A DNA stretch of 64,000 nt from an uncultured Rhodothermales bacterium. GTDB lineage: Bacteria > Bacteroidota > Rhodothermia > Rhodothermales > VXPQ01. Where the stretch lies: the NCBI GenBank assembly GCA_964608315.1, contig CAZSNF010000006.1:71670-135669 (forward strand), given 5' to 3'. Shown one piece after another: positions 18,341 to 28,135 of the stretch (positions are counted from its first letter, which is position 1; each line of letters starts with the position of its first letter). The notes beneath the pieces are model-generated. The model saw only the letters and a program-made list of their open reading frames with translations. It did not search any database and was not told where the DNA came from. The position numbers and the translations under genes are program-made.

Positions 18341-18604
18341 CTATAGGAACCTCTGATTAATTCTGCAAAGTTCAGAGGCTGCGCGGGGCGCTCTGGCAAG
18401 GAATGACGAAGCAATGCGGCAGGCCCCGCATAATGAGGAATGACGCGGCCAGCGCGTTCCTCGCAGCCTCCCGAAGGGCGCTTTGCGTCCGCTGCGCCCG
18501 AATACGTAGCGTATGCCGCTGATTGCAACGACGCCGTCATAATGTCGCTGTACGCGCGAACGCGAAGCGCTGATCGAAGTAGATTTAATCAGAGTATCCT
18601 ATAG
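18341..18604. repeat. Family-1 repeat, full length
   Basis: Collinear with 14934-15196 along its whole length. Confidence 0.85.
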
Positions 18605-18625
18605 TCCGTCTTTGCCCGCCATCAT

Positions 18626-19597
18626 ATGACGCCTTCCAATCGCCATACCCGTTCCGAAGCGTTGAGCCGCGCACTCAAGCAGCGCGCTCGCGACCTGGGG
18701 TTCGATGCTTGCGGCGTCGCCAGGGCCGTTCGTCTGGACGAGGAAGCGGAACGGCTGGAGCAATGGCTTCTCGGAGGGCGCCACGCCGGCATGGAATGGA
18801 TGACGAATCATTTCGAAAAACGCATCGACCCGCGCCAGTTGGTAGAGGGGGCCCGTAGCGTAGTGTGCGTTCTGCATAATTATTATTACCCGACGGATTC
18901 GCCCGTCCGTGAGACCGCAGGCAAAATAAGCCGATATGCCCGGGGGGAAGATTACCACCGAGTTATGAAGGAGAAGTTGTACGAACTGTTCGAATGGCTG
19001 GGCAAGGAAGCGGGGGGCGTCGAAGGCCGCGCCTTCGTCGATTCCGCTCCAGTGCTCGAAAAAGCCTGGGCAACGCGGAGCGGATTGGGATGGATAGGCA
19101 AGCACGCGAACCTTATCAACCGGTCGCTCGGGTCGTATTTTTTCATTGGAGAATTGATCGTAGACACGCCGTTGGCCTACGATAGCCCGGCGGAAGACTT
19201 TTGCGGTTCCTGTACGCGTTGCATAGACGCTTGTCCTACGGACGCCATCTATCGTCCCTATGCAGTGGACGCCAATCGGTGCATCTCCTACTGGACCATT
19301 GAGCATCGGGGGGACGATGTGCCGACGGCGCTCCAGGCCGGTTTCGAAAACTGGATATTCGGATGCGATATATGCCAGGAAGCGTGCCCCTGGAACAAGT
19401 TCAAAAAGCCATCCCGGGAAGCGCGCTATGCGCCTCGCTCCGGGATGGTCGATACAGAACTGGCGACATGGGAGGAAATCGACCTGAAAGAATTTCGAAG
19501 GCGTTTCAGAAGGAGTCCCGTCCGCCGCGCCAAATTCGACGGATTCAAGAGAAATGTCCGCATTGCCCGTCGGAATGCGCAAGACTGCGCCGGATAA
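18626..19597 (+). CDS. queG: Epoxyqueuosine reductase
   Basis: CGSCTRCIDACPTDAI, CISYWTIEHRG, CDICQEACPWNKF. Confidence 0.9.
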   Translation: MTPSNRHTRSEALSRALKQRARDLGFDACGVARAVRLDEEAERLEQWLLGGRHAGMEWMTNHFEKRIDPRQLVEGARSVVCVLHNYYYPTDSPVRETAGKISRYARGEDYHRVMKEKLYELFEWLGKEAGGVEGRAFVDSAPVLEKAWATRSGLGWIGKHANLINRSLGSYFFIGELIVDTPLAYDSPAEDFCGSCTRCIDACPTDAIYRPYAVDANRCISYWTIEHRGDDVPTALQAGFENWIFGCDICQEACPWNKFKKPSREARYAPRSGMVDTELATWEEIDLKEFRRRFRRSPVRRAKFDGFKRNVRIARRNAQDCAG

Positions 19598-19606
19598 CGC
19601 CCGGCG

Positions 19607-21175
19607 TTACGCGCCCGGCTCGTCTTCTTTTTTCGGAGCTTCGTTTCCGCCTTGTCCGACCTCCGGGCGAAGCAACGGAAACAGAATGACGTCCCGGATC
19701 GATTCCTGCCCGGTCATCAGCATGGCGAGACGGTCAATGCCGACGCCTAGTCCGGCTGCGGGCGGCATCCCGTACTCCATGGCGCGGAGATAATCTTCGT
19801 CTATCTGCATGGCTTCCTCGTCGCCGTCGGCGCGCAAGCGAGCCTGGTCTTCAAAGCGCTCGCGCTGGTCGATCGGGTCGTTGAGTTCGCTGAACGCATT
19901 GCATATCTCCTTTGCATTGCAGATGAGTTCAAACCGCTCCACCAGTCCGTCTTCTCTGCGATGCCGTTTCGCCAGCGGGCTCAGCGCAATCGGGTAGTCG
20001 GTGACGAAGGTGGGCTGGATCAGGTGCGGTTCCACCTTTTCGCCAAAAATATGGTCGATGAGTTTGCCGGTTCCCATACTGTTGTCCGCCTCCAGCCCAA
20101 GTTGCTGCGCAATATCTGCTATTTCCCGGGCGCTTTTATCGCGCAATTGATGTCCGGTATGCGCTTCGACGGCTTCGAAGAGCGGCAAGCGTTTCCAGGG
20201 ACGGCGGAAGGAGATGGTATGTTCGCCGGCCTGTACGTACGGCGAGCCATGCAATGTGATCGCAATATGCTCGATCATTTCTTCCACAAGGTCCATCATC
20301 CACCGGTAATCCTTGTAGGAGACATACAGCTCCATCATGGTGAATTCCGGATTGTGGAATCGGCTTAGCCCCTCGTTGCGGAAATCCTTGGAAATTTCGT
20401 AGACGCCCGCGAATCCTCCTACCAGAAGCCGCTTCAGATACAACTCGTCCGCTATGCGGAGATAGAGCGTCATATCGAGCGCGTTGTGATGCGTCGTGAA
20501 GGGCCTTGCGCTCGCCCCGCCGTATACGGGCTGCAGGACGGGCGTTTCCACCTCGACATATCCCCGGTCGTCCAGAAAGCGGCGCATGACGGAAATAAGC
20601 TGCGCCCGTTGCCGAAAAACGTTGCGCACACCCGGGTTGACCACGAGATCCGCGTACCGCTGCCGATAACGGAATTCCTTGCTGGTCACTTCGTTATGTA
20701 TGCCTTCGTCGGTTTCCTTGGCCACCGGCAGGGGACGAAGCGATTTCGCCAGGAGTTGAAATTCCTCCGCATGCACGCTGATTTCGCCCATGCGCGTCCG
20801 AAAGGCAAATCCCCGGATTCCGACAATATCTCCGATATCGAGCAGTCGCCGGATGACGTCCCGATAATATCCGTCGGGAAGATCGTCGCGGCGCACGTAA
20901 ACCTGAATGGAGCCGATCGCGTCCTGCACGTCGAGAAAAGCCGCCTTGCCCATGACGCGGAGCGACATGATGCGGCCGGCGATGGACACATCGTATTGAT
21001 CCCGGGGAGGGCGGTCTTCGCCGGGTTGATGCAGGTTGTCGTCGAACGTGTCGAGGATGTGCTTCGTCTCGTGGGTGACGTCCCACGCGTACGGGTACGG
21101 ATCAATGCCTGCCTTGCGAAGCGCATGCAACTCTTCGCGGCGGCGCTTTTGCTGATCGTTCAGCGTTTCCGACAT
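19607..21175 (-). CDS. lysS: Lysine--tRNA ligase (class II)
   Basis: Full-length class II LysRS pattern (…FRNEG…, …GIDRLAMLM…). Confidence 0.95.
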   Translation of the reverse strand: MSETLNDQQKRRREELHALRKAGIDPYPYAWDVTHETKHILDTFDDNLHQPGEDRPPRDQYDVSIAGRIMSLRVMGKAAFLDVQDAIGSIQVYVRRDDLPDGYYRDVIRRLLDIGDIVGIRGFAFRTRMGEISVHAEEFQLLAKSLRPLPVAKETDEGIHNEVTSKEFRYRQRYADLVVNPGVRNVFRQRAQLISVMRRFLDDRGYVEVETPVLQPVYGGASARPFTTHHNALDMTLYLRIADELYLKRLLVGGFAGVYEISKDFRNEGLSRFHNPEFTMMELYVSYKDYRWMMDLVEEMIEHIAITLHGSPYVQAGEHTISFRRPWKRLPLFEAVEAHTGHQLRDKSAREIADIAQQLGLEADNSMGTGKLIDHIFGEKVEPHLIQPTFVTDYPIALSPLAKRHRREDGLVERFELICNAKEICNAFSELNDPIDQRERFEDQARLRADGDEEAMQIDEDYLRAMEYGMPPAAGLGVGIDRLAMLMTGQESIRDVILFPLLRPEVGQGGNEAPKKEDEPGA

Positions 21176-21228
21176 GTGCTCGTCAGGATACCGACCGCAA
21201 TGTCGGCAGGAAAGACATGTTTTTTATG

Positions 21229-21302
21229 TGGGCCCTACTGGATTTGAACCAGTGACCTCTCGCGTGTGAGGCGAGCGCTCTGAACCCCTGAGCTAAGGGC
21301 CC
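21229..21302 (-). tRNA. tRNA-Val (anticodon CAC)
   Basis: Minus strand GGGCCCTTAGCTCAGGGGTTCAGAGCGCTCGCCTCACACGCGAGAGGTCACTGGTTCAAATCCAGTAGGGCCCA; loop CTCACAC. Confidence 0.85.
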
Positions 21303-21386
21303 TTGCACCAACAAAACATTGCAAACCGGCGCGTTGCGTTGCACGCAAGCGCGGGCGTCCCGTTCCAAAACGATCATCAGAGTATC

Positions 21387-22025
21387 CTAAGGATATACGA
21401 CTTCAGCGACCATGGAGCCGTCGGACGTTGCCCGGGGCCGCAGTTCGCGTTTAATGCTGGCGGCTACGAGCGATCGCGTACGGCGCCACGGATAGGCGTG
21501 ATTGCGCGAAAAACGAAACAGCGGATGCAGTGGGGACGAATACGAAGGTTGCTGGGTCATGTTGCCTCTGTAGGCAAGGAACGAGGCGGACTGTGCGGCG
21601 GATACGGTTATGGCGGAGGCGGGTGCGAGGTCGCCGTATTCGGCTTCCACGCCTGAAACGCCCAGCGCCAGCCCCAGCATCAGGATCACCGTTATGGCGT
21701 AGGACGACATGAGGGTCCCCTTTGTGGCGTTTTGGGCAACGACCGGCGAGGGACGGGCGGGGCGGGCGGCCTCGCAGGGAATGCGACTGCGCAGCCGATG
21801 GTGCAGGTTGCCCGAAGCCTGGCAACGATAAGCGTAACGGCACAGGAGCCTGCGCGTGTTGCGGAGTTGCTCGATATGCTCCTCCATGCCCGGGTTGACG
21901 CGCACATACTCCTCGAATACATGGCGAACGAGGGGATCCATGGTCCCGTCCACGTATTCGCAGAGAAACTCGTCCTCGAGGCTTGAGACGTCGTATGGCT
22001 TCGAATCGCTGTACCCGTGAGACAT
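21387..22025 (-). CDS. Putative anti-sigma factor (single TM helix); start at MSHGYSD
   Basis: Downstream of the ECF sigma gene. N-terminal FLCEYVDGTMDP... resembles an anti-sigma N-domain, and there is a central TM helix. No zinc motif is seen. Confidence 0.5.
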   Translation of the reverse strand: MSHGYSDSKPYDVSSLEDEFLCEYVDGTMDPLVRHVFEEYVRVNPGMEEHIEQLRNTRRLLCRYAYRCQASGNLHHRLRSRIPCEAARPARPSPVVAQNATKGTLMSSYAITVILMLGLALGVSGVEAEYGDLAPASAITVSAAQSASFLAYRGNMTQQPSYSSPLHPLFRFSRNHAYPWRRTRSLVAASIKRELRPRATSDGSMVAEVVYP

Positions 22026-22227
22026 AGGCAAACTGAAGGGACGTATAGACGATAAGTAACCGTTTACGATTCCAACGGCGTGTGAAACCTTGCGCGGAAG
22101 GGTATGTGCTTCCGGTCGCCACGATATGGACGCGCAAAGCCGCGAACGGATCCGCAAAAAAACGTTCCGGGCCGTCCGCACCCCCCTTTTGACCCTTTGC
22201 GGGCAAGAAGCGCGGCGCGCCGAGGCC

Positions 22228-22893
22228 TTACGCCTCCTCCTGCACGAAGTAAATATCTCTCAGGAGTATCTGAAGTTTCGTTCTGCCGCGATTAATTCGG
22301 CTTTTTACGGTGCCCATGGGCAATCCCGTAATATCCGCAATTTCCTCGTACGACAGTTGCTGCACATCCCGCAGCACGACGACTTCGCGAAACTCCTCCG
22401 GGATTTGCGCCAGCGCTTCCTGGATGTAGAAATCCTGGATCGTGCTTTCCGCGTCTTTGTCCGGAGAGAACGTTTCGTCCGGCACTTCCATCTCGTACTC
22501 TTCGTCGTTCTTGTTGATCGACTGGAGCGAAGAGATGCGTCGCCGTTTGCGTTTTCGATATTCCGACCGCGCGAGGTTTCCGGCGATCGTGTAGAGCCAT
22601 GTCGAGAATCGGGCAATCCGGCGATACGAGTGCCGGTTGCGATAGACCCGCAGGAAGGTCTCCTGAAGCAGGTCCTCGCATTCTTTTATGTCTCCGACGA
22701 ACCGGTAGATGTAATTGGTGAGCGGGTCTTTGTACCGGCTCACCAGAATGTCGAACGCTTCTACGCTTCCTGCCTGAAACTGCGACATCAAGTCCTCGTC
22801 GCTCATTGGGTTGAGCGCATCCAGGTGCCGCGTATTGGGATTTGCGTTCTTTCGAACCACATGGCGGCGTTTTATGGCTTGCGTGTTGTACAT
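22228..22893 (-). CDS. ECF-type RNA polymerase sigma-70 factor
   Basis: Region 2 LLQETFLRVYRN...FSTWLYTIAGN. Region 4 LSYEEIADITGLPMGTVKSRINRGR. Confidence 0.9.
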   Translation of the reverse strand: MYNTQAIKRRHVVRKNANPNTRHLDALNPMSDEDLMSQFQAGSVEAFDILVSRYKDPLTNYIYRFVGDIKECEDLLQETFLRVYRNRHSYRRIARFSTWLYTIAGNLARSEYRKRKRRRISSLQSINKNDEEYEMEVPDETFSPDKDAESTIQDFYIQEALAQIPEEFREVVVLRDVQQLSYEEIADITGLPMGTVKSRINRGRTKLQILLRDIYFVQEEA

Positions 22894-22977
22894 GGGCGCG
22901 TACCCCCTAACGTAGGCTTGCGTTTATCGCACAAATCGGGAACGTATGACATCTTGTCCTTATTGTGCGGCAATGGG

Positions 22978-24000
22978 TCATGATGAGGGCGAGAGTATTT
23001 TGCGAAGCATCAAGGTCATGACCAGGCGCTCGCTTCTGGCAGACCCTCCCTTTAGTTCGTAATCCGTCGCCAGCAATACGGCAAATGCATTCCGGATCGC
23101 CGGCGTCTTGTATCGGCGGAGGCCTGTCTGGTAATCCTTCAGGAAAAAGGGAGATACGCCAATATGGCGCGCCATGTCCTTTTTAGGCATGGACGGTCCG
23201 CAGGCGCTGAGTTTCCACAGTTTCATGAACCAGGCGTTCAGGACGGAAACAATCATGATTGCTTCTCCGCGTTCATTGGATGCACGCTGCAACATTCGTT
23301 CCATAATGCGAAACGCATCCTGCCCGCGCCGTTCGCCTATGGCTTTTTGCAGTTCGAAGACATTGAATCCCCGACTATGTCCACTGGCGCGTACAATATC
23401 GTCCGCGGAGATCGTTTCCCGTCCGCCGATATACGTTCCGAGTTTTTCTATCTCGCGGACCACGGCGCCCAGGTCGTTTCCCGTATAATCGGCCAGCATT
23501 TGCGCGGCCTCCTGCGTGATTTCGTATCCCTGCTTTTTTGCGCGCCGCTTGATCCAGCCTGGCGTCTGATTGCTATACAGCGGTTTGCTTTCCATGGCCA
23601 CGGCGTGTTCCCGCAATGCCCGGTAGGGATGTCTCGAACGGTCCGGCTTCGACCCGCATACAAGCACGACCACTGCCGCCGGATTCGGGCGCTCCGCATA
23701 TTCCTTGAACAGACGATTGTCCTTCAGCTTGTCGAAGTCCCGCACAATGACTACGCGCCGCTCGCTCATGACGGGCCACGAGGCGCACAATGCAAGCACG
23801 CGCTGCGCATCGGTGTCGGGCCCGTACGCAATATCGAGATTGAAATCCCGTTCGTGCGGGGCCAGGGCGTGCTCCAGCAGGATGTCCTGTAGCTCCTCAA
23901 TCAGAAACGGCTCGTTTCCATAGAAAAAATAGAGCGGCTGAAAACGCCCTTGCCGGAATGCAGAGGCAATGTCTTCGTATGTTTTTTCGCGCGTGGCCAT
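22978..24000 (-). CDS. holA: DNA polymerase III delta subunit
   Basis: PLYFFYGNEPFLIEE..., ~340 aa, typical architecture. Confidence 0.8.
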   Translation of the reverse strand: MATREKTYEDIASAFRQGRFQPLYFFYGNEPFLIEELQDILLEHALAPHERDFNLDIAYGPDTDAQRVLALCASWPVMSERRVVIVRDFDKLKDNRLFKEYAERPNPAAVVVLVCGSKPDRSRHPYRALREHAVAMESKPLYSNQTPGWIKRRAKKQGYEITQEAAQMLADYTGNDLGAVVREIEKLGTYIGGRETISADDIVRASGHSRGFNVFELQKAIGERRGQDAFRIMERMLQRASNERGEAIMIVSVLNAWFMKLWKLSACGPSMPKKDMARHIGVSPFFLKDYQTGLRRYKTPAIRNAFAVLLATDYELKGGSARSERLVMTLMLRKILSPSS

Positions 24001-24076
24001 GTCTGCTTGAGCAGTGCAGGGGATTTTTGGCGAAATAGCCGGGCAGATACGGGTTTCTGGCGTTCTCCCGGAATAA

Positions 24077-24344
24077 TATAGGATGCTCTGATTAAATCTG
24101 CTTCGATCAGCGCTTCACGTTCGTGCGTACAGGACATTGCAATGGCGTCGCTGAAATCAGTGGCAAACGCTGCGGATTCGGGGCATGGCGGACGTGAAGC
24201 GCCCTTGGGGAGGTTTGCGAGGAGCACGCTGGCTGTGTCATTCCTCATTATGCGGGGCCGCCACACTACTTGCTTCGTCATTCCTTGCCAGCGCACTCCT
24301 CGCAAGCCTCTGAACTTTGCACATTTAATCAGAGCATCCTGTAG
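24077..24344. repeat. Family-1 repeat, full length, inverted relative to 14934-15196
   Basis: Reverse complement aligns end to end with the reference copy. Confidence 0.85.
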
Positions 24345-24435
24345 TATCTGTCAGACGAAATTTTTTTGCAATCGTTACACTGTCGGTCCGTTTTTTTCCA
24401 GGGCCGCGTCGCACCCTGATCAGCGTATCCTGAAT

Positions 24436-24972
24436 TTATTTGGGAATATCTTCCCTGCGCGAGGTGAGCCTGCTTTCATGCAGTCGGGCGGCCGCGTCGC
24501 GCAACAGATCGACGTTGCGCCGGACGATATGTCGCGTCAAGCCAAAGAGGTCCGTTGCAGCGCCCTGGACGACGACGGGGCCGGTCCATGCATTGAGGTC
24601 AAGGCCGGCGAGCAAGGCGGTCAGCTCGGAGCGAGCGGATCGGATGCGATCCAGCACGACCTGCATGTCTGCGCGCGCCGGCGCGACTTGATCCAGCAAT
24701 TCCCTTGCATCGGGTACGTTGAGGGAAACGGTTTCGGCTTTCGCCAGACGCGCTACGGCGGGAACGTATATCTCCTCGTCGAAAAGGTGCAGCGCGACAT
24801 ACATTTCCCGAAAGGAGAGGTCGCGCGCCACCGGCCTGCCCTCCAGAATACTTTCCGGAATTCGCTCGAGGTGCTTGCGCAGCATGTCGGTTTCGTCAAT
24901 CAGATACGCCAGTTGACCCAGCAATGCCTGGCGGACTTCGGCTGTGCGGGGCGCGTCGGAGGCGTCGGTCAT
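24436..24972 (-). CDS. Hypothetical protein (possibly a DinB-like helical bundle)
   Basis: Clean 178-aa ORF, 4-nt overlap with the upstream nuoI-like gene. The function call is weak. Confidence 0.4.
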   Translation of the reverse strand: MTDASDAPRTAEVRQALLGQLAYLIDETDMLRKHLERIPESILEGRPVARDLSFREMYVALHLFDEEIYVPAVARLAKAETVSLNVPDARELLDQVAPARADMQVVLDRIRSARSELTALLAGLDLNAWTGPVVVQGAATDLFGLTRHIVRRNVDLLRDAAARLHESRLTSRREDIPK

Positions 24973-25619
24973 TCCACATGGGGGACGGGTTCGGCCGGCG
25001 CCCCGGCGTCGTTTCGCATTTCTTCGGCCAGCGACGCAAGAAAAGAACGATCCCTGAGGCTATGCACGTTGTTTTCCCGCTGGAAATCCCACTGTTCGCC
25101 AAACTGCCGATCCTTCCAGGCTTCGAGCCAGTCGAACCGGTCCTTGAGTCGTTCTGCGGGCATAAGCAGTCGCTCCAGGCCGAATATGGCTTCCTCGCGG
25201 CGCTGGAAGGTCAGGTCGTATTCTTTCGACATGACGATGGCCTCTTCCGGGCAAACTTCTTCGCAATACCCGCAGTAGATGCACCGCAGCATATTGATTT
25301 CGAACCATTCCGGTTCGCGTTCCTTGGGTCCCTCCATTTCGTGCGATTGCATGGAAATAGCCATGGGAGGGCAAGCCCGCGCGCACAGGTTGCAGGAAAC
25401 GCAACGAGGCCGCCCTTCTTCTTCGACCAGCACCGGGCGCCCGCGATAACTGTCCGGGGGGTACCACTGCTCTTCCGGGTACTGGGTGGCGTAGCGCGGC
25501 TGCTGCATCTTGCGGAGGCTGTACCCAAGTCCTTTGAATACTTCCGGAAGATACAGGCGCTCCCAGAAATTGAGCGTACGCTCGTTCTTCTTTTTCGGAG
25601 GCGTCGAATGGCCTTTCAT
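24969..25619 (-). CDS. NuoI-like 2x[4Fe-4S] ferredoxin subunit, stand-alone, with a ~80-aa C-terminal extension
   Basis: CVSCNLCARACP and CIYCGYCEEVCP clusters. The N-terminus FWERLYLPEVFKGLGYSLR is typical of NuoI. Start placed at the MKGH ATG. Confidence 0.75.
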   Translation of the reverse strand: MKGHSTPPKKKNERTLNFWERLYLPEVFKGLGYSLRKMQQPRYATQYPEEQWYPPDSYRGRPVLVEEEGRPRCVSCNLCARACPPMAISMQSHEMEGPKEREPEWFEINMLRCIYCGYCEEVCPEEAIVMSKEYDLTFQRREEAIFGLERLLMPAERLKDRFDWLEAWKDRQFGEQWDFQRENNVHSLRDRSFLASLAEEMRNDAGAPAEPVPHVE

Positions 25620-25775
25620 GGCGGACTCGAAGGAGGCGAAGAAACGGGAAGACGAAAATATGGCCAAACCAAGATACGTTTCGGCGAAGGATATCGCGAG
25701 CCGTTGCCGAGAATATTGCGAAAATAAATCCCGGGTCGCTTGCAGAAAAAACCGCTCCGCGCGGCGCAAGTATTC

Positions 25776-27095
25776 TTACGCCTGTTCGCGTGACTTGGCG
25801 CGAAACACCAGGGTGAGCGGAATCCCCTCGAAATCGAAAGCCTTGCGGAGTTCGTTTTCGAGATAGCGCCGGTATGATTCGCGCACTCCTTTCGGATAGT
25901 TGCAGAAAAAAGCGAATACAGGAGGATTCGTCGCTACCTGAGCGGCATATTTTATCCGCACGAACTGGTTGCGCCATGTGGGAGGATGATGCTTGCCGAT
26001 CGCCTTTTGCATAACCTCGTTCACTTCATGGGTCGGAATGCGCCGCCGCCGCCGCTGGCGCACAGCCATGGCTGCGCGAAGCACCGTCTGGACCCGCTGT
26101 CTCGTCAAGGCAGAGACGAACAATACCGGCACGTAGTCCAGCCTGGGGAGGCGTTTGTATATTTCGCGCTGCCAGTCCCGGGCCGTGTTGGTTTCTTTCT
26201 CGACCAGATCCCATTTGTTGACGGCTATTACGAGGCCTTTTTTGAGTTCCTCCGCCTGTTTCAGAATGCGAATGTCTTGCATTTGCAGCCCATCGGAGGC
26301 GTCGACGAGCAGTACGGCCACGTCGCATGTCGTCAGGGCTCGACGGGTGCGCAGCGTGGCGTAGAATTCTATGTTGCTCGAAACCCGCGCCCGTTTGCGC
26401 AGCCCCGCCGTATCCACCAGCAGAAATTCCTGTCCTTCGAACGCGACGATCGAATGGATTGCGTCCCGGGTGGTGCCCGGGATTTCTGTAACGATAGAGC
26501 GGGAAAATCCAAGTATAGCGTTCGCCAGCGACGACTTGCCGGCATTGGGTTTTCCCACCAGCGCCACGCGAATACGGGCGTCCTCTGCGGGGGATTCCGG
26601 CATATCCGGCAGCGCCGCCGTCAGTGCGTCCAGCATTTCTCCGCTTCCCGTGCCGTTGATTGCGCTTACGGGGTACACCTCGCCCAGGCCGAGTCCATAG
26701 AACACGCCGGATTCCCAACGCTGCTGGTCGTTATCCGACTTGTTGGCCGCCACCAGCACCGGCTTTTTCGTCCGTCGAAGCACGGCCGCCAGTTCCTCGT
26801 CCAGGTCTGTAACGCCGGTCTTTACATCCACGACGAAAAGGATGGCGTCGGCTTCGTCGATAGCAATATGCACCTGCTCGCGAATGGCTTTTGCAAACAC
26901 TTCGGCGTTCGCCGGCGCAAATCCTCCCGTATCTACGGCGTCGAACGTATGTCCTGCCCATTCTACTGCGCCGTACACCCGGTCCCGCGTTACCCCAGGT
27001 TCGTCGTGCACGATGGTTTGTTGCGCCTCCACAAGGCGATTGAAGAGCGTGGATTTGCCCACGTTCGGGCGGCCCACGATAGCGACCAGCCTCAT
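25776..27095 (-). CDS. der: Ribosome biogenesis GTPase Der (EngA)
   Basis: Two G domains GRPNVGKST and GKPNAGKSS plus a KH-like C-terminus. Confidence 0.95.
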   Translation of the reverse strand: MRLVAIVGRPNVGKSTLFNRLVEAQQTIVHDEPGVTRDRVYGAVEWAGHTFDAVDTGGFAPANAEVFAKAIREQVHIAIDEADAILFVVDVKTGVTDLDEELAAVLRRTKKPVLVAANKSDNDQQRWESGVFYGLGLGEVYPVSAINGTGSGEMLDALTAALPDMPESPAEDARIRVALVGKPNAGKSSLANAILGFSRSIVTEIPGTTRDAIHSIVAFEGQEFLLVDTAGLRKRARVSSNIEFYATLRTRRALTTCDVAVLLVDASDGLQMQDIRILKQAEELKKGLVIAVNKWDLVEKETNTARDWQREIYKRLPRLDYVPVLFVSALTRQRVQTVLRAAMAVRQRRRRRIPTHEVNEVMQKAIGKHHPPTWRNQFVRIKYAAQVATNPPVFAFFCNYPKGVRESYRRYLENELRKAFDFEGIPLTLVFRAKSREQA

Positions 27096-27147
27096 GGATT
27101 ATGTCCCCTCCGGCGATTTGTCCATAGCGATTCCATCAGCGTACCCT

Positions 27148-27957
27148 TTACAGCCACCACCATAGTCCCAGGCCGCCCGCAAGGAAGCAATACCAGGCGA
27201 ACCAGACCAGATTTCCCTGCTGCACCAAATGGATTACTGTTTTGATGGCCCATACGCCGGATCCGTACGCTACGAGCGTACCCGTCAGGATCGGAAGCAA
27301 ATTCGCGAAACTTCCGGATTGCGCAAGGCCTATGGCCTCAATGCCCGCGGCGCCTGCAATGACGGGCACGGACATCAGGAAGGAAAAAGCGACGGCCTGC
27401 GCGGGGCGCACGTTCTGATAGATTGCAGCGCAGATTGTGGCTCCCGAGCGGGAGATTCCGGGGATCATTGCAAGTCCTTGCGCGGCGCCCGTCGCAATCG
27501 CTTTCCAGGCGGACATATCTCCTTCGGGATGCGGGCGCATTCTGGTCAGGAACAGCAATCCGCCTGTAACAAGCAGCATGCCTGCGGCGATATGCGGCGC
27601 CGAAAAAATAGCCTCCAGAGGCTCCCGAAATAATACGTACAGTATTCCGGTAGGGATCATGGAGAGCAGGATGAACGTCGCCAGCCGAAAATGCTCGTCT
27701 TTGCGGTATTGCCGGCCGACGACGCCGGGGCGTCGCAGGCCTTCCCGTACGCTCCGCGCGACATCGAGGATGCGCGCCCGGTATACCGTGCCGATACTCA
27801 GGACCGTGCCGAAATGTACGAAGACTTCAAAGGTAATGTGGTCGGTTTCCAGACCCAGTCCGTGCCGGACAAGGACAAGATGCCCGGAGGAAGACACGGG
27901 GAGGAATTCCGTGATCCCCTGAATGAGGCCAAGAAGCACTGCTTCCCACCAGGTCAT
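27148..27957 (-). CDS. uppP: Undecaprenyl-diphosphate phosphatase; start at MTWWEAV
   Basis: GITEFLPVSSSGHL and PGISRSGATI motifs. Confidence 0.9.
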   Translation of the reverse strand: MTWWEAVLLGLIQGITEFLPVSSSGHLVLVRHGLGLETDHITFEVFVHFGTVLSIGTVYRARILDVARSVREGLRRPGVVGRQYRKDEHFRLATFILLSMIPTGILYVLFREPLEAIFSAPHIAAGMLLVTGGLLFLTRMRPHPEGDMSAWKAIATGAAQGLAMIPGISRSGATICAAIYQNVRPAQAVAFSFLMSVPVIAGAAGIEAIGLAQSGSFANLLPILTGTLVAYGSGVWAIKTVIHLVQQGNLVWFAWYCFLAGGLGLWWWL

Positions 27958-28039
27958 GATTTGAATCGCGTGTAGAATCGGGACGAATATGCGCGCAGGG
28001 AGCGCATCAAAGATAAGGCAAGCGACGCTTCCTGCGTAT

Positions 28040-28135
28040 GCCGTGCGGAAGACGGCCTGTGTCATTCCTCATTATGCGGAGCCTGTCGCATTGCTGCATA
28101 GTGTTAACAGGCACTAATCAGAGTATTCCGGGGAA
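28040..28135. repeat. Chimeric repeat fragment (family-1 internal piece + family-2 terminus + family-1 terminus)
   Basis: ctgtgtcattcctcattatgcgg.. then cattgctgcatagtgttaacaggc then actaatcagagtattcc. Confidence 0.65.

Noticed and set aside
22026-22227. 200-bp gap between the ECF sigma and putative anti-sigma genes as a hidden small gene or regulatory RNA
   Set aside because: No convincing ORF, repeat or hairpin is seen. The upstream in-frame extension (MRTARNVFLR...) is not protein-like.
25060-25977. 305-aa minus-strand ORF
   Set aside because: It is out of frame across the nuoI-like and der genes, with junk composition.
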